Positions 28,919-38,403 of a stretch of DNA of 64,000 nt are shown one piece after another. The stretch is from Escherichia phage vB_EcoM_ACG-C40. How positions within the stretch are numbered: position 1 is the first letter of the stretch; every line of letters starts with the position of its first letter. The stretch is from sequence record NC_019399.1; one strand, written 5' to 3'. A program made the translations under genes and the position numbers. The notes below the pieces were generated by a model. That model was not told the DNA's origin, ran no database searches, and was given only the letters and a program-made list of their open reading frames with translations.

Positions 28919-29184
28919 TAGTATTTTTCCTCTGGTTGGAACACTGCGCGACAAGCCCACATACTGGCTTCTTTGAGTTTCATTTTAGCAATAGTTAACT
29001 GATCGAGGCTTTCGGCGTAATTCTTCGCGAGTTCATCATCTTCACAGCTATCAAATGCTTCCCAGAATTCATCATATAAAGCATCAAAGATAAGCCCTAA
29101 ACGAACTTCAGCATCTTTGATAGCATTCACTTTACTGATTTTATCGTCAGTATGTGGTTTATAACCTTTAATGTCTTCAATCAT
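28918..29184 (-). CDS. hypothetical acidic protein
   Basis: 88 aa ORF. Confidence 0.45.
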   Translation of the reverse strand: MIEDIKGYKPHTDDKISKVNAIKDAEVRLGLIFDALYDEFWEAFDSCEDDELAKNYAESLDQLTIAKMKLKEASMWACRAVFQPEEKY

Positions 29185-29398
29185 ATTTTACTTCCTCACC
29201 TGTTCCCAAATCATATTCAACTAAACGAATAGGTTCATGAATGCCATATCCTTGAACAGAAATTTCTGTCGTAGGATAAATTCCATTAATATCACCCATG
29301 TTCCATGCTTCGTTAAATTGCTGTTCGCCTGAATTACTAAACCACTCGGCGAAAGCATTTAGCACATCTTCAGAACCTTCAATAATTATCTTTGCCAT
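29177..29398 (-). CDS. hypothetical acidic protein
   Basis: 73 aa ORF, TAATG-coupled to the GrcA-like gene. Confidence 0.45.
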   Translation of the reverse strand: MAKIIIEGSEDVLNAFAEWFSNSGEQQFNEAWNMGDINGIYPTTEISVQGYGIHEPIRLVEYDLGTGEEVKYD

Positions 29399-29760
29399 TA
29401 CAAACTCTCGGTGAAGGTACGAGCGATAACGTCGCGCTGCTGTTCCGGAGTCAGAGAGTTAAAGCGAACTGCATAACCGGATACACGGATGGTCAGCTGC
29501 GGATATTTTTCCGGATGCTTAACTGCATCTTCCAGAGTTTCACGACGCAGAACGTTAACGTTCAGGTGTTGACCACCTTCAATTTTAACTGTAGGCTGTT
29601 GCTCAATTTCAATTTCACGGGCATGCAAACCATAGAAAATTTCTGGGTCTACAAAAGAGTCCTCTTTAAAGGTTTTAGAGACAATAATTCGTGCTTGAAT
29701 ACCATCTTCAAAATAAATAGTACCTTTATGTGTGCCTTCAAGAATTTGATATGCTTTCAT
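29398..29760 (-). CDS. autonomous glycyl-radical cofactor (GrcA/YfiD-like; T4 Y06I-like)
   Basis: 120 aa; C-terminal half matches E. coli GrcA as recalled, including [13 protein letters not shown]. Confidence 0.85.
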   Translation of the reverse strand: MKAYQILEGTHKGTIYFEDGIQARIIVSKTFKEDSFVDPEIFYGLHAREIEIEQQPTVKIEGGQHLNVNVLRRETLEDAVKHPEKYPQLTIRVSGYAVRFNSLTPEQQRDVIARTFTESL

Positions 29761-29766
29761 ATAACC

Positions 29767-30096
29767 TCAATTAGAAAATAAATTTATCCAAGATTGTTCT
29801 TTAATTAAAAATGGCTCAGAATCATATGCCATTAAACTCTGTGTGATTAGTCCTTTAAAAGGCCCATCAATAAATTCCATGGTAAAATATGGAATTTTAT
29901 TCATTAGCCGTGCATTAGGAGCCGTGCACAAAACTCTGCATCCTTTGAATACGCCTTTTTGTAATTTGTATTGCTTGGGATAAAATTCGCTCAAAATGTT
30001 ATTATTTGCTAAAATTTCAAAATGATTCACCAATTTATTTTTAATAGTTTTTGGTGAAAAATAAAGATATTCGAAAAGCTGAGTGTCTGTCATCAT
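29767..30096 (-). CDS. hypothetical protein, 109 aa
   Basis: ATG 30096 overlaps the ATPase stop (ATGA); track ORF extends upstream. Confidence 0.5.
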   Translation of the reverse strand: MMTDTQLFEYLYFSPKTIKNKLVNHFEILANNNILSEFYPKQYKLQKGVFKGCRVLCTAPNARLMNKIPYFTMEFIDGPFKGLITQSLMAYDSEPFLIKEQSWINLFSN

Positions 30097-30683
30097 TGCA
30101 TTCCAATCACAAAAAATTGAGGACGAGTAATACCACCAATACAGCATTTACTATTGCAGCAATATTGCACAGTTTCAATATGGACACTATAAATCTTATC
30201 CATATCAGGAGATTTAACAGGCTCATCGATTATATACAAAATTCGAGAAAGCGATAAACCTCTGAACTTGCTACCTCTATTACCAACAAAACTACGGACA
30301 GAATCAGTAAATAAACGGAATCGAATATCATCGCTAGAATAACGAGAAAATTCTTTTTTAATGCGGCCCACAGAAATTTTAGCGTAAGCTGAAGTATTAG
30401 AAAGAACAATAACTGTTCCACCATCATACAACCAATTAGCGGCAAAATTAGTTACTGCAGTTGATTTACCGGATTGTCTGCCACCATCTAAACGAAGTGT
30501 ACAATATTCTTTAAATAAATACGACGAATCAGGTACATAAAATCCACTATTACAAATTTCTTCTACTCTAGCGTCAGAATGGTGTGTAAAAGCATTCATC
30601 AGGGATAGATAAGGACCAGTTAAAAATGTTCTCATTTTATTCTCTCTAAATTTGGGCCATTCCATGGCGCATGAATTGTCCAT
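30093..30683 (-). CDS. small P-loop NTPase (RecA/KaiC-like Walker A and B); start uncertain (M1 or M17)
   Basis: Walker A LDGGRQSGKST and Walker B ILYIIDEP. Confidence 0.55.
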   Translation of the reverse strand: MDNSCAMEWPKFRENKMRTFLTGPYLSLMNAFTHHSDARVEEICNSGFYVPDSSYLFKEYCTLRLDGGRQSGKSTAVTNFAANWLYDGGTVIVLSNTSAYAKISVGRIKKEFSRYSSDDIRFRLFTDSVRSFVGNRGSKFRGLSLSRILYIIDEPVKSPDMDKIYSVHIETVQYCCNSKCCIGGITRPQFFVIGMQ

Positions 30684-30776
30684 TTCTGTATTTACCCATT
30701 ACCGCACTTGGGCTCGACCTTATTACAGGTTGGCGGGAATCCCTCACAGAATCATGAGGTCCAGCTTGTTCCCATA

Positions 30777-31250
30777 TTATTTGAACGATTTAACGTACTG
30801 AATAGAACCTTTACTATTTACAAAGGCAATTTTACCATTTTTATTATACATGGTAGCAGTACGCTGATAGCCATAAGTTTGCTTACCAGATTGATAACCA
30901 ACTAATGCAAAATTATCTTCACCCATTTTATTCTGTTTAGCGCGAATGCGTTCATGACCATGTGCCATAAGAACCTTAGCATCACCAGTTACAATGGATC
31001 GACGAGTTTTTTCATCTTCAACTGTATTAACAAAGTCGTCAAATGAATCAAATTTAGCATGAGATTTATTATACAGTTTTCCATCTACTGCATAATTATA
31101 TCCCTGTACATCCATCTCAACTTCTGTACCATCATCCAATACAGCAGTAATTTTCTGTCCTTTTTTAAATTTCAAAAGATCAGTAAAAGATTCAGCAATA
31201 ATTTGAGAATTAATAGCTGCTTCAGTGATAAATTCTTGATATGTTTTCAT
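30777..31250 (-). CDS. internal protein (IPIII/IPII-like) with capsid-targeting leader
   Basis: 157 aa; N-terminus MKTYQEFITE matches the T4 internal-protein leader; own early promoter. Confidence 0.7.
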   Translation of the reverse strand: MKTYQEFITEAAINSQIIAESFTDLLKFKKGQKITAVLDDGTEVEMDVQGYNYAVDGKLYNKSHAKFDSFDDFVNTVEDEKTRRSIVTGDAKVLMAHGHERIRAKQNKMGEDNFALVGYQSGKQTYGYQRTATMYNKNGKIAFVNSKGSIQYVKSFK

Positions 31251-31304
31251 ATGTTTCCTTTAAATATTTTAATTAGTAATTTGTCTCTTCAAGCAACTGT
31301 GAAT

Positions 31305-31334
31305 ATACTATCACAATTCTAGGAGAAAGTAAAC
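31305..31334 (-). promoter_or_regulatory. early promoter (GTTTAC, 18 bp, TAGTAT)
   Basis: gtaaac 31329..31334; atacta 31305..31310. Confidence 0.55.
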
Positions 31335-31338
31335 AACT

Positions 31339-32307
<969 letters not shown>

Positions 32308-32326
<19 letters not shown>

Positions 32327-32796
32327 TCAGTGATAAAGTTATTTAAATTTTGAGTATATTTCTTTTCATCAAAAATCTTTTGTTGTCTGCGTAGCCGCCA
32401 TGGCATTTCAATGAACGTGTACCATATCCCAGATAATATTGATGCTGTAAAAATATTAACAAGTATGGTTAAAAGAATCCAATCTCCCGTTCTGTCTACT
32501 GGACTTTCTCCAAAGAAGCAAAATACAAATGATGTCACAGGAAAACTAATAATATACCACAGAATCATAATCTTATCTGTGAACCAATCAGTGTTCGTTA
32601 ACTTAGCACGACCATTTTGAATACACACGAATTTATCATCTGTTACAGTAGATGGCTTAACTGCTTGATATCCCATTCTAAACTCCCTAATCAGCAAATT
32701 TTTCATATCTTCGGAACAGCCATTCCAGTCAACTCTATCAACTGAAATGCCATCATCCCCATCATCTAAATCATACCAGCGAGTTTTTAAAATCAT
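32308..32796 (-). CDS. membrane protein, paralog family member 3
   Basis: 162 aa; TM helices; C-terminal motif ...FITECRKLK. Confidence 0.5.
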
Positions 32797-33167
32797 TTGA
32801 TTTTCCTACAATCATTCACGAATTCTTTCATTGATTCATTTTCAATATAAGACATGTAGTTATTATATTCTTTTAATTGTATTTTGTAATCCTTTTTTCT
32901 TTGCCAATTTATTTTAAAATTATCATAATGAAAATATAAAATAATACCAAAGAATGAAAATAATGAAATCGCTATAGTATAATGAAGTTCACTCCAAACT
33001 TCTATTATATCTACTATACCGCTGACATTACTGCGGATGTTTAAAATAATACAGTCAATCATTAATCCAATAAGACTACCCGCAAGAGCTGCAGCCAACG
33101 CCACAGCAAAAATTAAAAATGACTCAGAAAACGAATATTTGACTTTATTTAGTTTTGGCTTTTGCAT
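32793..33167 (-). CDS. membrane protein, paralog family member 2
   Basis: 124 aa; TM helices; C-terminal ...FVNDCRKIK. Confidence 0.5.
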   Translation of the reverse strand: MQKPKLNKVKYSFSESFLIFAVALAAALAGSLIGLMIDCIILNIRSNVSGIVDIIEVWSELHYTIAISLFSFFGIILYFHYDNFKINWQRKKDYKIQLKEYNNYMSYIENESMKEFVNDCRKIK

Positions 33168-33562
33168 CGTGATTCCTTAACAAATTTCATAATTTCATCA
33201 AATTCATACGCGGCAAGTTTAAGCTGATGTTCCTTTTTAATCTTTTTACACTGTGCTTTCCAATCACGTACACGTTTACGATAATGTCTTCCTTGATACC
33301 AATATCCTATCCAATTTACAGGTACTAATAAAAGTGGAACTATTAATGGAAGAATTAGCATTAACACAAGTATTTCGCCAGAATCAATATCAGTCATAAC
33401 ATCTAAAACACCTCCAATAATCAATAGAATTACAAATGATATGAGTATAACAGGACCTATTAACACATCAGTAGAAATTATCTGACGCTTTGGTTCATAC
33501 TTCACAGGTTTACTTGGAAGGTATAGTGATGGTTTTGACATATTCTCTACATTCCTTAACAA
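33149..33562 (-). CDS. membrane protein, paralog family member 1
   Basis: 137 aa; TM helices; C-terminal ...FVKESRCK. Confidence 0.5.
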   Translation of the reverse strand: MLRNVENMSKPSLYLPSKPVKYEPKRQIISTDVLIGPVILISFVILLIIGGVLDVMTDIDSGEILVLMLILPLIVPLLLVPVNWIGYWYQGRHYRKRVRDWKAQCKKIKKEHQLKLAAYEFDEIMKFVKESRCKSQN

Positions 33563-34124
33563 ATTTTTCTAGTAATAAATCGCTTTCAAAACTAGGATTT
33601 TCCACGAATTTATCAAAAAGATCATCAACAATAGTTAAGATATTCTTTTTACTAAGAATACGTTTATTTTCATGCTTCGTTTCAGAATCAACTATAAGAG
33701 TAAAGAAATATTTCTTTCCCTGAAATTTTACTGTAGTATCAATATAGAATAAATTTGACTTTTGTAAGTTACGTTTAAACCATGCGTCACTTAAACTATA
33801 AACACCGAGATAATCAAAATCGTCGTTTAAATAACATACTGTCCATTCAGGAGAAATGAAATCAGTAAATTCAACATCAAAATCACACGTCAATGAATGA
33901 ATTGATTCAATACTGTTAATAAGTATTCCAGGACGTATTAAAGACTTTTTACCTCTGGAAAATCTTCCAGAAAGACTTTCATTAGTTTCATATGAAGAAC
34001 CCCAATAATAATTACGCCCTTCTGCCATACGTTTAAGAGCATTTAATAATTGGTCTGGAACATCAACTTGTCTTTGGAATTCTTCAAACATTGAATTGAA
34101 ATCACTTTGCATTTTCATTTTCAT
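33510..34124 (-). CDS. hypothetical protein sharing the paralog C-terminal motif
   Basis: 204 aa; C-terminal ...EKFVKECREYVK; GGAG SD. Confidence 0.5.
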   Translation of the reverse strand: MKMKMQSDFNSMFEEFQRQVDVPDQLLNALKRMAEGRNYYWGSSYETNESLSGRFSRGKKSLIRPGILINSIESIHSLTCDFDVEFTDFISPEWTVCYLNDDFDYLGVYSLSDAWFKRNLQKSNLFYIDTTVKFQGKKYFFTLIVDSETKHENKRILSKKNILTIVDDLFDKFVENPSFESDLLLEKFVKECREYVKTITIPSK

Positions 34125-34141
34125 TCCTATTTACTCCAAGT

Positions 34142-34163
34142 ATAAGGGGCCGAAGCCCCTTAT
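34142..34163 (-). other. UUCG-tetraloop hairpin
   Basis: ataaggggccgaagccccttat. Confidence 0.45.
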
Positions 34164-34165
34164 CA

Positions 34166-34759
34166 TTATTTCAGAGAATTAATGTATTCCTGAACATCGG
34201 CAGAGGTAGTTTCAACCCCAGAAATATTACCGTTAAAGGTTTCAACTCGAGCAAGGGTATCTTCAATATCAACCTTAGTCAGTGCTGCAATTTCAACTAC
34301 ATCATCAGCAGTACTAATTCCAAGGGCATTTGCTGCACGAGTTTCACGGATATATTCCAATTTAACCGCAAGTTCTTGACGAGCATCATCTAACTCAACT
34401 ACTTTCTTGGCGATTTCAATTCGCATTTCAGCATAACCGTCAGCCTTAGTAGTCAACTGCTCAGCTGTTCGACGATATAGCAAACCGAGTTTAGCATGCA
34501 TTGTTACATCTTGGCCTTCGGAAAGAAGTTTACGAATTTCACGCTCTTTTGATTCGGCCTGTCGATTCTTTTCGATAACAAGTTCACGAATACGTTTTTC
34601 TTCGTTAATAGATTTAACAGAAGCAGTTTTTAGATCTTTAATTTTATCAAGTAGTTTTGCTGCTGCGGCAGTATACTGTTCTTCGACAGATAGATTTTTA
34701 GCCATAGCAGAACCAAGTTTAGTGCGAATAAACTCAACAATTTTCTTCAGTGTGTTCAT
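34166..34759 (-). CDS. coiled-coil protein, possibly PspA/IM30-like
   Basis: 197 aa; N-terminal amphipathic segment then long heptad-like charged helices. Confidence 0.4.
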   Translation of the reverse strand: MNTLKKIVEFIRTKLGSAMAKNLSVEEQYTAAAAKLLDKIKDLKTASVKSINEEKRIRELVIEKNRQAESKEREIRKLLSEGQDVTMHAKLGLLYRRTAEQLTTKADGYAEMRIEIAKKVVELDDARQELAVKLEYIRETRAANALGISTADDVVEIAALTKVDIEDTLARVETFNGNISGVETTSADVQEYINSLK

Positions 34760-34863
34760 AGTATTTCCTTAGGTTGATTAAGATTTAAAATCCGTAAAAG
34801 TAGTATTATACTCTATCATCAAGTTACAGGCTCATAATATCTCAATCATGAGCCTGTGTAAAC

Positions 34864-35127
34864 TTATTTCATATTATTGAAATATTCTTCAGCAATTTCA
34901 TCATTATCATGATAAACTTTAGAAGACAGTTTAACATAACTTTCAGCAGTGAACATGTTAATCACAACCTTTACAGTATACCACTGACCGTCTTCATTAC
35001 CCATTACTGCATAAGTTTCAAACATCGGATGGTCAGGACCGATAACTTTAATATCATTCACTGTACGACCGAAATCTTCTGAAACACATTTCATAAAGAA
35101 GTTGAACAGCTCACCGTAATTATCCAT
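34864..35127 (-). CDS. hypothetical protein, 87 aa
   Basis: ATG 35127 with GGAG SD; the track's TTG start lies inside the promoter. Confidence 0.45.
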   Translation of the reverse strand: MDNYGELFNFFMKCVSEDFGRTVNDIKVIGPDHPMFETYAVMGNEDGQWYTVKVVINMFTAESYVKLSSKVYHDNDEIAEEYFNNMK

Positions 35128-35170
35128 TTCATTCTCCAAGTTGTTTTCTGTATCAGTAGTTGATAGTTGT

Positions 35171-35200
35171 ATAGTACCATGGAAGGACAAGGATGTAAAC
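35171..35200 (-). promoter_or_regulatory. early promoter (GTTTAC, 18 bp, TACTAT)
   Basis: gtaaac 35195..35200; atagta 35171..35176. Confidence 0.6.
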
Positions 35201-35340
35201 CGTTTTGTGAAAAAATTTTTAAAAAGTTTTGGGGAATTCTAGGGCAGGGAGGGGAAATCAAAGGATAGGATAATATATTATAAAGGGTAGAAACTAAATG
35301 ATGTCTAGAGAGGCCTGGAAAGGCCTAGATACCAAAAAGC

Positions 35341-35360
35341 CCCAACCTTTCGGTTGGGGC
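35341..35360 (-). terminator. intrinsic terminator closing the tRNA/small-RNA transcription unit
   Basis: minus strand CCCCAACC-GAAA-GGTTGGGG followed by CUUUUUGG. Confidence 0.6.
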
Positions 35361-35362
35361 TA

Positions 35363-35662
35363 AGCCTTGCGGCAACCTTGTCGGGGTTCCACCTGCTAAG
35401 GCAAGTGTTTGTACGAAACGCCGGGATTCGAACCCGGTTATTAAGCAGTTGACGCTACTCAATATTTTTTAAAAGGCCATATCTCGACCATATCCGAACG
35501 TTCCGTCAAAAACGCTACTCGGCTTACGGCAAAGATATTTCCTCGAATCGATAATTCGGTGCGCCGTTTCTGCTGTGATGTAAGGGGACATTAACAAAAC
35601 ATAAAGATTTATTAATGCCAGTCCTTAAACAGGGAACATCAGTCCGACGACTTACCGGTAGC
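35363..35662 (-). ncRNA. candidate stable small RNA(s), possibly T4 species 1/2 (rnaC/rnaD) equivalents
   Basis: about 300 nt non-coding; tRNA-like T-arm CCGGGTTCGAATCCCGG on the minus strand; GAGTAGCGT repeated twice. Confidence 0.35.
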
Positions 35663-35673
35663 GACCCGGTTTC

Positions 35674-36024
35674 TTAATATTCTTTTAAAGCATCAATCTG
35701 TTCACGGCGTTTACGCCATAAATCAATTGCTTCATACGCAGATTCAGCATTTCGAATTAGCCGGCATTTATGTAAAGACTTATGATTTTGATATTGTGTA
35801 GATAATGGAATTGTATCTAAAAGGTCTTTACGATCAAAGTATTCGTAACCATCTAAACCAAATGAACGATTTTTGAGAAATTGCCAATGGCCAAATTCAT
35901 TTTCAACATAAACATAATCTGCATGCTGATAAAGTAAATTAATTACACGTTCAGAAATAGCAGTATCATTATGATTAAAATAGAATGTTAAATCATGAAC
36001 TACTAAATAAACATTACCTTTCAT
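35674..36024 (-). CDS. hypothetical protein co-transcribed with the tRNAs
   Basis: 116 aa; ATG 18 nt downstream of the tRNA-Arg 3' end with GAGGAAAA SD. Confidence 0.5.
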   Translation of the reverse strand: MKGNVYLVVHDLTFYFNHNDTAISERVINLLYQHADYVYVENEFGHWQFLKNRSFGLDGYEYFDRKDLLDTIPLSTQYQNHKSLHKCRLIRNAESAYEAIDLWRKRREQIDALKEY

Positions 36025-36042
36025 ATTTTCCTCACTTATAAT

Positions 36043-36118
36043 TGGTCGAGGCAGTAGGGATCGAACCTACGACCCAGGACTTAGAAGGTCCTTGCTCTTC
36101 CTTCTGAGCTATGCCCCG
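36043..36118 (-). tRNA. tRNA-Arg (anticodon UCU)
   Basis: hand-folded cloverleaf; 7-bp acceptor, GCTC/GAGC D-stem, loop CTTCTAA, T-loop TTCGATC, CCA encoded. Confidence 0.8.
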
Positions 36119-36122
36119 TAAT

Positions 36123-36198
36123 TGGGGTGACCGATGGGAGTCGAACCCATGACTACGAGAATCACAATCTCGAGTTCTACCAACTGAACTACGGCCAC
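36123..36198 (-). tRNA. tRNA-His (anticodon GUG)
   Basis: cloverleaf with loop TTGTGAT, discriminator C, CCA encoded; no encoded G-1. Confidence 0.65.
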
Positions 36199-36312
36199 AT
36201 TAATACCTACTCCAACAATCATGATGTCTTCACACGAAATTAAGAGAAGAGTGATCAGTTCAACCCCTATAATCGCGTCAAGTAGATATTAATGTGACAG
36301 TTGTCACAAATT

Positions 36313-36387
36313 TGGCGGACGTGATAGGATTCGAACCTATAACCAATCGCTTAACAGGCGATCGCTCTGCCATTGAGCTACACATCC
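36313..36387 (-). tRNA. tRNA-Asn (anticodon GUU)
   Basis: perfect anticodon stem ATCGC/GCGAT, loop CTGTTAA, T-loop TTCGAAT, CCA encoded. Confidence 0.7.
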
Positions 36388-36391
36388 AAAT

Positions 36392-36478
36392 TGGTGGGGA
36401 GTGATGGAGTCGAACCACCCGAGTCGCAATGACAATGAATTTACAGTCCACACCGCTACCTCTACGGGATAACTCCCC
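36392..36478 (-). tRNA. tRNA-Tyr (anticodon GUA), class II
   Basis: 87 nt; acceptor GGGGAGT/ACTCCCC; loop CTGTAAA; long variable arm; T-loop TTCGACT. Confidence 0.65.
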
Positions 36479-36490
36479 TAATTCATAATT

Positions 36491-36565
36491 TGGTGGCCCT
36501 GGGTGGAATTGAACCACCATCTGGCGATTATGAGTCGCTTGCTTGAACCTTCCAGCTACAGGGCC
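36491..36565 (-). tRNA. tRNA with CAU anticodon (Ile2 by T4 position, or Met)
   Basis: acceptor GGCCCTG/CAGGGCC; loop CTCATAA; CCA encoded. Confidence 0.7.
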
Positions 36566-36566
36566 T

Positions 36567-36642
36567 TGGTGCTGATTGACGGAATCGAACCGCCGACCTT
36601 CTCATTACAAGTGAGTTGCTCTACCTACTGAGCTAAATCAGC
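36567..36642 (-). tRNA. tRNA-Thr (anticodon UGU)
   Basis: 76 nt cloverleaf; loop CTTGTAA; T-loop TTCGATT. Confidence 0.8.
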
Positions 36643-36647
36643 AAAAC

Positions 36648-36737
36648 TGGCGGAGGCGATAGGATTTGAACCTATGAGTCGCCGGAGCGACTGCCGGTTT
36701 TCAAGACCGGTGCATTAAACCACTCTGCCACACCTCC
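36648..36737 (-). tRNA. tRNA-Ser (anticodon UGA), class II
   Basis: 90 nt; loop CTTGAAA; long variable arm; 2 nt from the tRNA-Pro 3' end. Confidence 0.8.
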
Positions 36738-36739
36738 AG

Positions 36740-36813
36740 TCTCCATACAAGGATTTGAACCTTGGACCTCCTGATCCCAAATCAGGCGCTCTACCAAACT
36801 GAGCTACACGGAG
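36740..36813 (-). tRNA. tRNA-Pro (anticodon UGG); CCA not encoded
   Basis: loop TTTGGGA; T-loop TTCAAAT; 3' end followed by CT then tRNA-Ser, a dimeric precursor arrangement. Confidence 0.8.
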
Positions 36814-36823
36814 TAAATTGAAT

Positions 36824-36897
<74 letters not shown>

Positions 36898-36902
36898 AAA
36901 TT

Positions 36903-36989
36903 TGGTGCGAGAAGTGGGACTCGAACCCACAAGGAAATCATTCCGCAGCATTTTAAGTGCTGTGCCTTTACCAATTTGACCATTCTCGC
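36903..36989 (-). tRNA. tRNA-Leu (anticodon UAA), class II
   Basis: 87 nt; GCGAGAATGGTCAAATTGG...; loop CTTAAAA; long variable arm. Confidence 0.85.
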
Positions 36990-36995
36990 GTTATA

Positions 36996-37604
36996 TTATT
37001 TATTACGTGAAAAAGACTGTTCTATCAATTCTGGACACTTTCGTTCTATCCATTTTCTAGCTTTTTGTGGGCTTATACCTATTATTTTAGCAGCTTTACT
37101 AACCCATCCAAATTTAGAATAATCGATTTTAACTAATTCTTCGTAAATTTCATCAGTTAAAATCTTTTCATTAATATTTACCAGTAAATGATATAATTTG
37201 TTATCATTAGCAATTTTAATGAATCTTTTATAGTTTCCGCCTTTACTTAAACCTAATGAAGTAATTGCAGATGATATAGTAGCCGAATTTAATAATGCGT
37301 TTAAAATTTCTTCATCACTAACATTATAACGCTTTTTATTATTTTTAATATTTTTACCAGCAAAAGTATCAGTTTGCGAATGACAGTTTGGACATAATAA
37401 TCTTAAATTTGATTTAAGATGATTTTTGTTATTTCCATCAATATGGTCTAATTGTAGAACAATATGCTTATTTTGCCATTTTGAAATTTTACAAATTGCA
37501 CACTCATATGGAAAAATATTTTCTTTTATTATTTTGTCTTTTAGCTTTCCTGTACTAAAATTTGGATGTTTTCCTTCAAAAATTTCAGCTAATTTAGTAT
37601 CCAT
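36996..37604 (-). mobile_element. freestanding HNH homing endonuclease (Mob-like) next to the tRNA cluster; start uncertain
   Basis: HNH motif LQLDHIDGNNKNHLKSNLRLLCPNCH; C-terminal helix-turn-helix-like GISPQKARKWI; track start is TTG. Confidence 0.65.
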
Positions 37605-37714
37605 AATATGATTCCCAATTATTAACAAAGGCTCTCAAGCAAGAACCCTTGATGATAGAGGGTATTAATCAGTGCGGTATGAGTTAATAATAACAAATAA
37701 TTCTTAAAGCATAT

Positions 37715-38002
37715 TTACCATTTATGATGATACATACTTACGATGCATTCAAGACCCAAAGGATTCTTGAAAATATCATATTCAAGAGGACCTTTTTCTG
37801 TTTCAATAAAGAAATCAAAATTTACTGTATTAAATTTACGGTCTTCCTTTACTAATTTAACTTGAGAAGATGAACGGTCAATGTAAACCTTTTCAACTTC
37901 AAAACATGTTAAAATGCCATAATCATCAATCAAGGCTTTAGCTGCATCTTGATCATATTTATATCCATTTTCAATGGATGATACTTTAGCATAAAGAATC
38001 AT
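37715..38002 (-). CDS. hypothetical protein
   Basis: 95 aa ORF. Confidence 0.45.
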   Translation of the reverse strand: MILYAKVSSIENGYKYDQDAAKALIDDYGILTCFEVEKVYIDRSSSQVKLVKEDRKFNTVNFDFFIETEKGPLEYDIFKNPLGLECIVSMYHHKW

Positions 38003-38004
38003 TA

Positions 38005-38403
38005 TCAGCCTTCATCAACAATAGTGTGAGTATTAGCATTTACGATTTGCCACCAATCAAAGCGATTAGAATCCATCGGTTTGTTTTCATTTTCTTTGAT
38101 AATGTCACGGAGTTCATCTTCAGAGAATGCTTTAGCAATTAAATCGGTATACCCACCACGGGGATAATAATTATCACCTGCAAACAAAAGGAAATTTACC
38201 TTCCCGGAAGCAACATATGCTTCCTTAGGATACTTGTTTCCTGCGTGGTCAACCACTTCAATATAACGGTAAGGAATATCGGTTCTTTCAACCCATTGCC
38301 ATGCCGCCGCAGGGGAATCGAAAGCATCTACACCTAAACGATTATCTTCATCTTTAGACGGATTATTTTCGTAATCCGCATATACATAATATTCAACGTT
38401 CAT
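38005..38403 (-). CDS. hypothetical acidic protein
   Basis: 132 aa ORF. Confidence 0.45.
   Translation of the reverse strand: MNVEYYVYADYENNPSKDEDNRLGVDAFDSPAAAWQWVERTDIPYRYIEVVDHAGNKYPKEAYVASGKVNFLLFAGDNYYPRGGYTDLIAKAFSEDELRDIIKENENKPMDSNRFDWWQIVNANTHTIVDEG

Noticed and set aside
35419-35440. tRNA-like T-arm (GGTTCGAATCC) as an eleventh tRNA gene
   Set aside because: No complementary acceptor stem or anticodon arm could be folded around it; treated as part of a small stable RNA instead.
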